NCBI RefSeq assembly: GCF_046119375.1 | Contig: NW_027362762.1 | Location: 839,108,001 to 839,172,000 of the forward strand | Source of the DNA: Phyllobates terribilis | Taxonomy: Eukaryota | Length of the DNA: 64,000 nt | Direction of reading: 5' to 3' | Part shown: in pieces, positions 25,701-36,769 of the stretch | Layout: every line of letters begins with the position of its first letter | Numbering within the stretch: position 1 is the first letter of the stretch | The notes under the pieces: model-generated | The model's input: only the letters and a program-made list of their open reading frames with translations | Database searches by the model: none | What the model was told of the DNA's origin: nothing | Position numbers and translations under genes: made by a program

Positions 25701-26429
25701 GGGATCTCCAACCTCATCATCATCACCCTGTGCGTTATCTCACCCGTCGTCCTCAGAGCCAACCTGTTCCTGCCCTGACGAAAAACTAAAGTTGTCGCTC
25801 CAATCAGGTATTTGAGTCTTATCATCGTCTTCCTCATTGTCTCCACCAACAGGAGTTACAGTTTGGGAATGAGGGTCTACATTATGGTCAGAACCTTCTG
25901 CGTCTGGTCCTGGATCCGACTCATAAAGATTCTGGGCATCAGTGCAGATCATTTCCTCGTCTGGATTCACAGAAGCGCTGGAGTCGACCTCTGATTCCCA
26001 GGCTATAGTATGAGTAAACAGCTCTGCAGACTCAACCATCTGTTCTACCTCATACTCAGACGGGCAGCTGGAGATTTGGGAGCTGTGAGGAAGCAAGTGC
26101 GATTGGGGTGACACCTTTGAGGACTGGAGTATTTGTGATGTTGAAGTTGATGTGGAGGAGAGCCCACTTAAAGGAGCACTTGATATCCATTGAAGCACCT
26201 GCTGTTTTTGTGCCTCATCTGGAATTTGTAGCGATTGGCGTGGCCGTAAGAAAGGGATCTTATCACATTGTCCGCTAAAAGAAGTAGACATTTTAGTTTG
26301 GCTGGAAGATGGTCTTTCTTCTGCAGATGTTACTGTTGCTTTAACACCTACCCCACGGACACAACCTTTTTTCCCCTTCCCAACACGCCTATTCACTTTT
26401 CCACCAGCAGCAGGCCTTTTTCCACTCAT
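22731..26429 (-). pseudogene. hAT (Ac-like) transposase, 1232 codons in one frame with two premature TGA stops
   Basis: BED finger (WAFF..C..C..H..KH), TTDTWTS, VCDNAAN, CMAH, RWNS, SERVFS and the C-terminal dimerisation region. ORFs 25740-26429, 24522-25397 and 22731-24410 share one frame, and copy 2 has TGT and TGC at the two stop positions. Confidence 0.95.
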
Positions 26430-26545
26430 TTTGGTGGTTAACTAATTCACAACTCTGGAGTTGTTTGCACAAAAAAACAATGGATGGGAACCGAGCAGAG
26501 CTGAGTGGCCAAACTGTGGTATTAGGCCAAAACTATTGGCTGGGT

Positions 26546-29500
26546 TAGATGCAGAAAAAAATTATATTCAATTTGCAACCTGATGGAGGTCAGTATAGAT
26601 GGACTAATAGAACAAGTCCCACACAAAGCTAGAAGCCCAAATATTTTTTCAGAGGTAGATGCAGAAAAATTTTTTATTCAGTTTGCAACCTGATGGAGGT
26701 CTGTATAGATGGATTAATAGAACAAGTCACACACACAGCTGCAAGCCCAATATTTTTTCAGAGGTAGATGCAGAAAAAAAATATATTCAGTTTGCAACCT
26801 GATGGAGGTCAGTATAGATGGACTAATAGAGAAAGTCCCACACACTGCTAGAAGGCCAAATATTTTTTCAGAGCTTGATGCAGACAAAAAATTATTTTGA
26901 ATTTGCAACCTGATGGAGGTCAGTATAGGTGGACTAATAGAACAAGTCCCACACACTGCTAGAAGGCCAAATATTTTTTCAGAGCTAGATGCAGAAAAAA
27001 ATTATATTCAGTTTGCAACCTGATGGAGGTCTGTATAGATGGATTAATAGAACAAGTCCCACACACAGCTAGAAGCCCAAATATTTTTTCAGAGGTAGAT
27101 GCAGATAAAAATTATTTTTAATTTGCAACCTGATGGAGGTCAGTATAGATGGACTAATAGAGAAAGTCCCACACACTGCTAGAAGACCAAATATTTTTTC
27201 AGAGATAGATGCAGATAAAAATTATTTTTAATTTGCAACCTGATGTAGGTCAGTATAGATGGACTAATAGAGAAAGTCCCACACACTGCTAGAAGGCCAA
27301 ATATTTTTTTCAGAGCTAGATGCAGATAAAAATTATATTCAATTTGCAACCTGATGGAGGTCAGTATAGATGGACTAATAGAACAAGTCCCACACACAGC
27401 TAGAAGCCCAAATATTTTTTCAGAGGTACTGTAGATGCAGATAAAAATTATTTTTAATTTGCAACCTGATGGAGGTCAGTATAGATGGACTAATAGAACA
27501 AGTCCCACACACAGCTAGAAGCCCAATATTTTTTCAGAGGTAGATGCAGAAAAAAATATATTCAGTTTGCAACCTGATGGAGGTCAGTATAGATGGAGTA
27601 ATAGAACAAGTCCCACACACAGCTAGAAGCCCAAATATTTTTTCAGAGGCAGATGCAGATAAAAATTATTTTTAATTTGCAACCTGATGGAGGTCAGTAT
27701 AGATGGACTAATAGAGAAAGTCCCACACACTGCTAGAAGGCCAAATATTTTTTCAGAGCTAGATGCAGATAAAAATTATATTCAATTTGCAACCTGATGG
27801 AAGTCAGTATAGATGGACTAATAGAACAAGTCCCACACACAGCTAGAAGCCCAAATATTTTTTCAGAGGTACTGTAGATGCAGATAAAAATTATTTTTAA
27901 TTTGCAACCTGATGGAGGTCAGTATAGATGGACTAATACAACAAGTCCCACACACAGCTAGAAGCCCAATATTTTTTCAGAGGTAGATGCAGAAAAAAAT
28001 ATATTCAGTTTGCAACCTGAAGGAGGTCAGTATAGATGGAGTAATAGAACGAGTCCCACACACAGCTAGAAGCCCAAATATTTTTTCAGAGGTAGATGCA
28101 GATAAAAATTATTTTTAATTTGCAACCTGATGGAGGTCAGTATAGATGGACTAATAGAGAAAGTCCCTCACACTGCTAGAAGGCCAAATATTTTTTCAGA
28201 GCTAGATGCAGATAAAAATTATATTCAATTTGCAACCTGATGGAGGTCAGTATAGATGGACTAATAGAGAAAGTCCCACACACTGCTGGAAGGCCAAATA
28301 TTTTTTCAGAGCTAGATGCAGATAAAAATTATATTCAATTTGCAACCTGATGGAGGTCAGTATAGATGGACTAATAGAACAAGTCCCACACACAGCTAGA
28401 AGCCCAAATATTTTTTCAGAGGTACTGTAGATGCAGATAAAAATTATTTTTAATTTGCAACCTGATGGAGGTCAGTATAGATGGACTAATAGAGAAAGTC
28501 CCACACACTGCTAGAAGGCCAAATATTTTTTCAGAACTAGATGCAGATAAAAATTATTTTTAATTTGCAACCTGATGGAGGTCAGTATAGATGGACTAAT
28601 AGAGAAAGTCCCACACACTGCTAGAAGGCCAAATATTTTTTCAGAGCTAGATGCAGATAAAAATTATATTCAATTTGCAACCTGATGGAGGTCAGTATAG
28701 ATGGACTAATAGAACAAGTCCCACACACAGCTAGAAGCCCAAATATTTTTTCAGAGGTACTGTAGATGCAGATAAAAATTATTTTTAATTTGCAACCTGA
28801 TGGAGGTCAGTATAGATGGACTAATACAACAAGTCCCACACACAGCTAGAAGCCCAATATTTTTTCAGAGGTAGATGCAGAAAAAAATATATTCAGTTTG
28901 CAACCTGATGGAGGTCAGTATAGATGGAGTAATAGAACAAGTCCCACACACAGCTAGAAGCCCAAATATTTTTTCAGAGGTAGATGCAGATTAAAATTAT
29001 TTTTAATTTGCAACCTGATGGAGGTCAGTATAGATGGACTAATGGAGAAAGTCCCACACACTGCTAGAAGGCCAAATATTTTTTCAGAGCTAGATGCAGA
29101 TAAAAATTATATTCAATTTGCAACCTGATGGAGGTCAGTATAGATGGACTAATAGAGAAAGTCCCACACACTGCTAGAAGGCCAAATATTTTTTCAGAGC
29201 TAGATGCAGATAAAAATTATATTCAATTTGCAACCTGATGGAGGTCAGTATAGATGGACTAATAGAACAAGTCCCACACTCAGCTAGAAGCCCAAATATT
29301 TTTTCAGAGGTACTGTAGATGCAGATAAAAATTATTTTTAATTTGCAACCTGATGGAGGTCAGTATAGATGGACTAATAGAGAAAGTCCCACACTCTGCT
29401 AGAAGGCCAAATATTTTTTCAGAGCTAGATGCAGATAAAAATTACTTTTAATTTGCAACCTGATGGAGGTCAGTATAGATGGACTAATAGAGAAAGTCCC

Positions 29501-32500
29501 ACACACTGCTAGAAGGCCAAATATTTTTTCAGAGCCAGATGCAGATAAAAATTATATTCAATTTGCAACCTGATGGAGGTCAGTATAGATGGACTAATAG
29601 AACAAGTCCCACACACAGCTAGAAGCCCAAATATTTTTTCAGAGGTACTGTAGATGCAGATAAAAATTATATTCAATTTGCAACCTGATGGAGGTCAGTA
29701 TAGATGGACTAATAGAACAAGTCCCACACACAGCTAGAAGCCCAAATATTTTTTCAGAGGTACTGTAGATACAGATAAAAATCATTTTTAATTTGCAACC
29801 TGATGGACGTCAGTATAGATGGACTAATAGAGAAAGTCCCACACACTGCTAGAAGGCCAAATATTTTTTCAGAGCTAGATGCAGAAAAAAATTATATTCA
29901 GTTTGCAACCTGATGGAGGTCAGTATAGATGGACTAATAGAGAAAGTCCCACACACTGCTAGAAGGCCACATATTTTTTCTGAGGTAGATGCAGAAAAAA
30001 ATATATTCAGTTTGCAACCTGATGGAGGTCTGTATAGATGGATTAATAGAACAAGTCCCACACACAGCTAGAAGCCCAATATTTTTTCAGAGGTAGATGC
30101 AGAAAAAAATATATTCAGTTTGCAACCTGATGGAGGTCAGTATAGATGGACTAATACAACAAGTCCCACACACAGCTAGAAGCCCAATATTTTTTCAGAG
30201 GTAGATCCAGAAAAAAATATATTCAGTTTGCAACCTGATGGAGGTCTGTATAGATGGATTAATAGAACAAGTCCCACACACAGCTAGAAGCCCAATATTT
30301 TTTCAGAGGTAGATGCAGAAAAAAATATATTCAGTTTGCAACCTGATGGAGGTCAGTATAGATGGACTAATACAACAAGTCCCACACACAGCTAGAAGCC
30401 CAATATTTTTTCAGAGGTAGATGCAGAAAAAAATATATTCAGTTTGCAACCTGATGGAGGTCAGTATAGATGGAGTAATAGAACAAGTCCCACACACAGC
30501 TAGAAGCCCAAATATTTTTTCAGAGGTAGATGCAGATTAAAATTATTTTTAATTTGCAACCTGATGGAGGTCAGTATAGATGGACTAATAGAGAAAGTCC
30601 CACACACTGCTAGAAGGCCAAATATTTTTTCAGAGCTAGATGCAGATAAAAATTATATTCAATTTGCAACCTGATGGAGGTCAGTATAGATGGACTAATA
30701 GAGAAAGTCCCACACACTGCTAGAAGGCCAAATATTTTTTCAGAGCTAGATGCAGATAAAAATTATATTCAATTTGCAACCTGATGGAAGTCAGTATAGA
30801 TGGACTAATAGAACAAGTCCCACACACAGCTAGAAGCCCAAATATTTTTTCAGAGGTACTGTAGATGCAGATAAAAATTATTTTTAATTTGCAACCTGAT
30901 GGAGGTCAGTATAGATGGACTAATACAACAATTCCCACACACAGCTAGAAGCCCAATATTTTTTCAGAGGTAGATGCAGAAAAAAATATATTCAGTTTGC
31001 AACCTGAAGGAGGTCAGTATAGATGGAGTAATAGAACAAGTCCCACACACAGCTAGAAGCCCAAATATTTTTTCAGAGGTAGATGCAGATAAAAATTATT
31101 TTTAATTTGCAACCTGATGGAGGTCAGTATAGATGGACTAATAGAGAAAGTCCCTCACACTGCTAGAAGGCCAAATATTTTTTCAGAGCTAGATGCAGAT
31201 AAAAATTATATTCAATTTGCAACCTGATGGAGGTCAGTATAGATGGACTAATAGAGAAAGTCCCACACACTGCTGGAAGGCCAAATATTTTTTCAGAGCT
31301 AGATGCAGATAAAAATTATATTCAATTTGCAACCTGATGGAGGTCAGTATAGATGGACTAATAGAACAAGTCCCACACACAGCTAGAAGCCCAAATATTT
31401 TTTCAGAGGTACTGTAGATGCAGATAAAAATTATTTTTAATTTGCAACCTGATGGAGGTCAGTATAGATTGACTAATAGAGAAAGTCCCACACACTGCTA
31501 GAAGGCCAAATATTTTTTCAGAACTAGATGCAGATAAAAATTATTTTTAATTTGCAACCTGATGGAGGTCAGTATAGATGGACTAATAGAGAAAGTCCCA
31601 CACACTGCTAGAAGGCCAAATATTTTTTCAGAGCTAGATGCAGATAAAAATTATATTCAATTTGCAACCTGATGGAGGTCAGTATAGATGGACTAATAGA
31701 ACAAGTCCCACACACAGCTAGAAGCCCAAATATTTTTTCAGAGGTACTGTAGATGCAGATAAAAATTATTTTTAATTTGCAACCTGATGGAGGTCAGTAT
31801 AGATGGACTAATACAACAAGTCCCACACACAGCTAGAAGCCCAATATTTTTTCAGAGGTAGATGCAGAAAAAAATATATTCAGTTTGCAACCTGATGGAG
31901 GTCAGTATAGATGGAGTAATAGAACAAGTCCCACACACAGCTAGAAGCCCAAATATTTTTTCAGAGGTAGATGCAGATTAAAATTATTTTTAATTTGCAA
32001 CCTGATGGAGGTCAGTATAGATGGACTAATGGAGAAAGTCCCACACACTGCTAGAAGGCCAAATATTTTTTCAGAGCTAGATGCAGATAAAAATTATATT
32101 CAATTTGCAACCTGATGAAGGTCAGTATAGATGGACTAATAGAGAAAGTCCCACACACTGCTAGAAGGCCAAATATTTTTTCAGAGCTAGATGCAGATAA
32201 AAATTATATTCAATTTGCAACCTGATGGAGGTCAGTATAGATGGACTAATAGAACAAGTCCCACACTCAGCTAGAAGCCCAAATATTTTTTCAGAGGTAC
32301 TGTAGATGCAGATAAAAATTATTTTTAATTTGCAACCTGATGGAGGTCAGTATAGATGGACTAATAGAGAAAGTCCCACACACTGCTAGAAGGCCAAATA
32401 TTTTTTCAGAGCTAGATGCAGATAAAAATTACTTTTAATTTGCAACCTGATGGAGGTCAGTATAGATGGACTAATAGAGAAAGTCCCACACACTGCTAGA

Positions 32501-35500
32501 AGGCCAAATATTTTTTCAGAGCCAGATGCAGATAAAAATTATATTCAATTTGCAACCTGATGGAGGTCAGTATAGATGGACTAATAGAACAAGTCCCACA
32601 CACAGCTAGAAGCCCAAATATTTTTTCAGAGGTACTGTAGATGCAGATAAAAATTATATTCAATTTGCAACCTGATGGAGGTCAGTATAGATGGACTAAT
32701 AGAACAAGTCCCACACACAGCTAGAAGCCCAAATATTTTTTCAGAGGTACTGTAGATACAGATAAAAATCATTTTTAATTTGCAACCTGATGGACATCAG
32801 TATAGATGGACTAATAGAGAAAGTCCCACACACTGCTAGAAGGCCAAATATTTTTTCAGAGCTAGATGCAGAAAAAAATTATATTCAGTTTGCAACCTGA
32901 TGGAGGTCAGTATAGATGGACTAATAGAGAAAGTCCCACACACTGCTAGAAGGCCACATATTTTTTCTGAGGTAGATGCAGAAAAAAATATATTCAGTTT
33001 GCAACCTGATGGAGGTCTGTATAGATGGATTAATAGAACAAGTCCCACACACAGCTAGAAGCCCAATATTTTTTCAGAGGTAGATGCAGAAAAAAATATA
33101 TTCAGTTTGCAACCTGATGGAGGTCAGTATAGATGGACTAATACAACAAGTCCCACACACAGCTAGAAGCCCAATATTTTTTCAGAGGTAGATCCAGAAA
33201 AAAATATATTCAGTTTGCAACCTGATGGAGGTCTGTATAGATGGATTAATAGAACAAGTCCCACACACAGCTAGAAGCCCAATATTTTTTCAGAGGTAGA
33301 TGCAGAAAAAAATATATTCAGTTTGCAACCTGATGGAGGTCAGTATAGATGGACTAATACAACAAGTCCCACACACAGCTAGAAGCCCAATATTTTTTCA
33401 GAGGTAGATGCAGAAAAAAATATATTCAGTTTGCAACCTGATGGAGGTCAGTATAGATGGAGTAATAGAACAAGTCCCACACACAGCTAGAAGCCCAAAT
33501 ATTTTTTCAGAGGTAGATGCAGATTAAAATTATTTTTAATTTGCAACCTGATGGAGGTCAGTATAGATGGACTAATAGAGAAAGTCCCACACACTGCTAG
33601 AAGGCCAAATATTTTTTCAGAGCTAGATGCAGATAAAAATTATATTCAATTTGCAACCTGATGGAGGTCAGTATAGATGGACTAATAGAGAAAGTCCCAC
33701 ACACTGCTAGAAGGCCAAATATTTTTTCAGAGCTAGATGCAGATAAAAATTATATTCAATTTGCAACCTGATGGAGGTCAGTATAGATGGACTAATAGAA
33801 CAAGTCCCACACACAGCTAGAAGCCCAAATATTTTTTCAGAGGTACTGTAGATGCAGATAAAAATTATTTTTAATTTGCAACCTGATGGAGGTCAGTATA
33901 GATGGACTAATAGAGAAAGTCCCACACACTGCTAGAAGGCCAAATATTTTTTCAGAGCTAGATGCAGATAAAAATTATTTTTAATTTTCAACCTGATGGA
34001 GGTCAGTATAGATGGACTAATAGAGAAAGTCCCACACACTGCTAGAAGGCCAAATATTTTTTCAGAGCCAGATGCAGATAAAAATTATATTCAATTTGCA
34101 ACCTGATGGAGGTCAGTATAGATGGACTAATAGAACAAGTCCCCCACACAGCTAGAAGCCCAAATATTTTTTCAGAGGTACTGTAGATGCAGATAAAAAT
34201 TATTTTTAATTTGCAACCTGCTGGAGGTCAGTATAGATGGACTAATACAACAAGTCCCACACACAGCTAGAAGCCCAATACTTTTTCAGAGGTAGATGCA
34301 GAAAAAAATATATTCAGTTTGCAACCTGATGGAGGTCAGTATAGATGGAGTAATAGAACAAGTCCCACACACAGCTAGAAGCCCAAATATTTTTTCAGAG
34401 GTAGATGCAGATAAAAATTATTTTTAATTTGCAACCTGATGGAGGTCAGTATAGATGCACTAATAGAGAAAGTCCCACACACTGCTAGAAGGCCAAATAT
34501 TTTTTCAGAGCTAGATGCAGATAAAAATTATATTCAATTTGCAACCTGATGGAGGTCAGTATAGATGGACTAATAGAGAAAGTCCCACACACTGCTAGAA
34601 GGCCAAATATTTTTTCAGAGCTAGATGCAGATAAAAATTATATTCAATTTGCAACCTGATGGAGGTCAGTATAGATGGACTAATAGAACAAGTCCCACAC
34701 ACAGCTAGAAGCCCAAATATTTTTTCAGAGGTACTGTAGATACAGATAAAAATCATTTTTAATTTGCAACCTGATGGAGGTCAGTATAGATGGACTAATA
34801 GAGAAAGTCCCACACACTGCTAGAAGGCCAAATATTTTTTCAGAGCTAGATGCAGAAAAAAATTATATTCAGTTCGCAACCTGATGGAGGTCAGTATAGA
34901 TGGACTAATAGAGAAAGTCCCACACACTGCTAGAAGGCCACATATTTTTTCAGAGGTAGATGCAGAAAAAAATATATTCAGTTTGCAACCTGATGGAGGT
35001 CTGTATAGATGGATTAATAGAACAAGTCCCACACACAGCTAGAAGCCCAATATTTTTTCAGAGGTAGATGCAGAAAAAATATATTCAGTTTGCAACCTGA
35101 TGGAGGTCAGTATAGATGGACTAATACAACAAGTCCCACACACAGCTAGAAGCCCAATATTTTTTCAGAGGTAGATCCAGAAAAAAATATATTCAGTTTG
35201 CAACCTGATGGAGGTCTGTATGAACGGATTAATAGAACAAGTCCCACACACAGCTAGAAGCCCAATATTTTTTCAGAGGTAGATGCAGAAAAAAATATAT
35301 TCAGTTTGCAACCTGATGGAGGTCAGTATAGATGGACTAATACAACAAGTCCCACACACAGCTAGAAGCCCAATATTTTTTCAGAGGTAGATGCAGAAAA
35401 AAATATATTCAGTTTGCAACCTGATGGAGGTCTGTATAGATGGATTAATAGAACAAGTCCCACACACAGCTAGAAGCCCGATATTTTTTCAGAGGTAGAT

Positions 35501-35670
35501 GCAGAAAAAAATATATTCAGTTTGCAACCTGATGGAGGTCAGTATAGATGGACTAATACAACAAGTCCCACACACAGCTAGAAGCCCAATATTTTTTCAG
35601 AGCTAGATGCAGAAAAAAATTATATTCAATTTGCAACCTGATGGAGGTCAGTATAGATGGACTAATAGAA
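26546..35670 (+). repeat. Tandem array of ~110-bp monomers (~82 units, 9125 bp) inside hAT copy 1
   Basis: Monomer TAGATGCAGAWAAAA..TTTGCAACCTGATGGAGGTCAGTATAGATGGACTAATAGARMAAGTCCCACACA..GCTAGAAG..AAATATTTTTTCAGAG. Period 110 measured at 28201 and 28311. Confidence 0.97.
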
Positions 35671-36587
35671 TGATGCTATGCCCAAAAGATTTTACTTCAC
35701 TAGGTGCAGTAAAAAAATTGGTATTCTATACACAGGTGGTATATCTTGCAACACAGATAGGCTACTCCACTGACTAACACACTCTGCAATAGGCCAAAAA
35801 GGATTAGCTTTGCTAGATTCAGCCAAATGCTGTGAAAAAAACTTGCACAGCACTGGCACAGACCTGCCTGGCAAAAACTGATAGGAACTGATGTAACCTA
35901 GTCCTGAAAAGGACTCCAATTACAATTAGTCTTTACTCCCACAATCTATCTATTTAAGAGCACAGACCTGCCTGATAAAAGTCGTAGGAAATGCTGTAAC
36001 CTAGTCCTTAAAAGGACTGCAATCACAACTATTCCCTACTCCCAAGCTATCTGTAGATTTGTGCGAAAATTGGCTTGAAATTAACAAGGTATAGCGCACA
36101 CAGCAACAGCGGTGCCGTCTAACACGCAGCTGCAGCAGTGAGAAAATGGTGGCGACGGGGAAAATGGCTTGGTCTTATAGGGCAAGGACATGTGACATAC
36201 ACTGCCAATGACACATGCCCTTGCTTGTGTGAAAAAAAGCACTTCGCTCCGTGTGTGCGCTGCTGATAGGCTGACAGATTGCACCTCCCCACTGTAAATG
36301 CGGGAAAGAGAAAAAAAAAATGGAGATCTTCATTGTTCCTGCAGAGATCCATCCCCTGCCCCTCCCCCCACCCCGCTGTACACTCAAACTGCGTATTAAC
36401 ATTAATTTTCATCATTACTGAGAAAAAATCCAGTTATGATTTTGGTGCACGAACAGTTATCGAACATAACCTCGAACAGCCGAATTTTTCTCAAATTGTT
36501 CGTGTTCGCCGAACGGCTCGAACACCGCCCAAAACAGCTCGAATTTGAGATTGGCGAACAGTTCGAGTAGAACAACGTTCATCTCTA

Positions 36588-36769
36588 CTCTCCACCTTGC
36601 CACTTGACTGTGGATGGTAAGGAGTATGTAACGCCACTGCTGATCCGATCATGGTAAGTATTTCTTGATATACGCATGAGGAAAAGGCTGGTCCTTGATC
36701 ACTTTCGATGTCTTCTGGGACTCCATACCGGCAAACAACTTCAGAGTTCAGCTTCTTGGCAGTGGTAAG
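36588..36769 (-). pseudogene. pol: ERV integrase core, 5' of the hAT insertion
   Basis: Translates TTAKKLNSEVVCRYGVPEDIESDQGPAFSS..HTPYHPQSSGKVE and joins 18142 in frame. Confidence 0.9.

Larger units (their letters stand above)
18143..36587 (-). mobile_element. Composite hAT DNA transposon, copy 1 (18,445 bp)
   Basis: 8-bp TSD CTCTCCAC at 18135-18142 and 36588-36595. Ends TAGTGTTGAGC..GTTCATCTCTA, with GTTCG/CGAAC subterminal repeats. Removing it restores the integrase frame QSSGKVERLNG. Confidence 0.95.

Noticed and set aside
29849-35032. Repeated 70-aa ORFs in the satellite
   Set aside because: They are chance frames across monomer variants, useful only as markers of the higher-order period.
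26546-35670. CRISPR-like array
   Set aside because: The monomers are contiguous with no unique spacers, there are no cas genes, and the context is eukaryotic.
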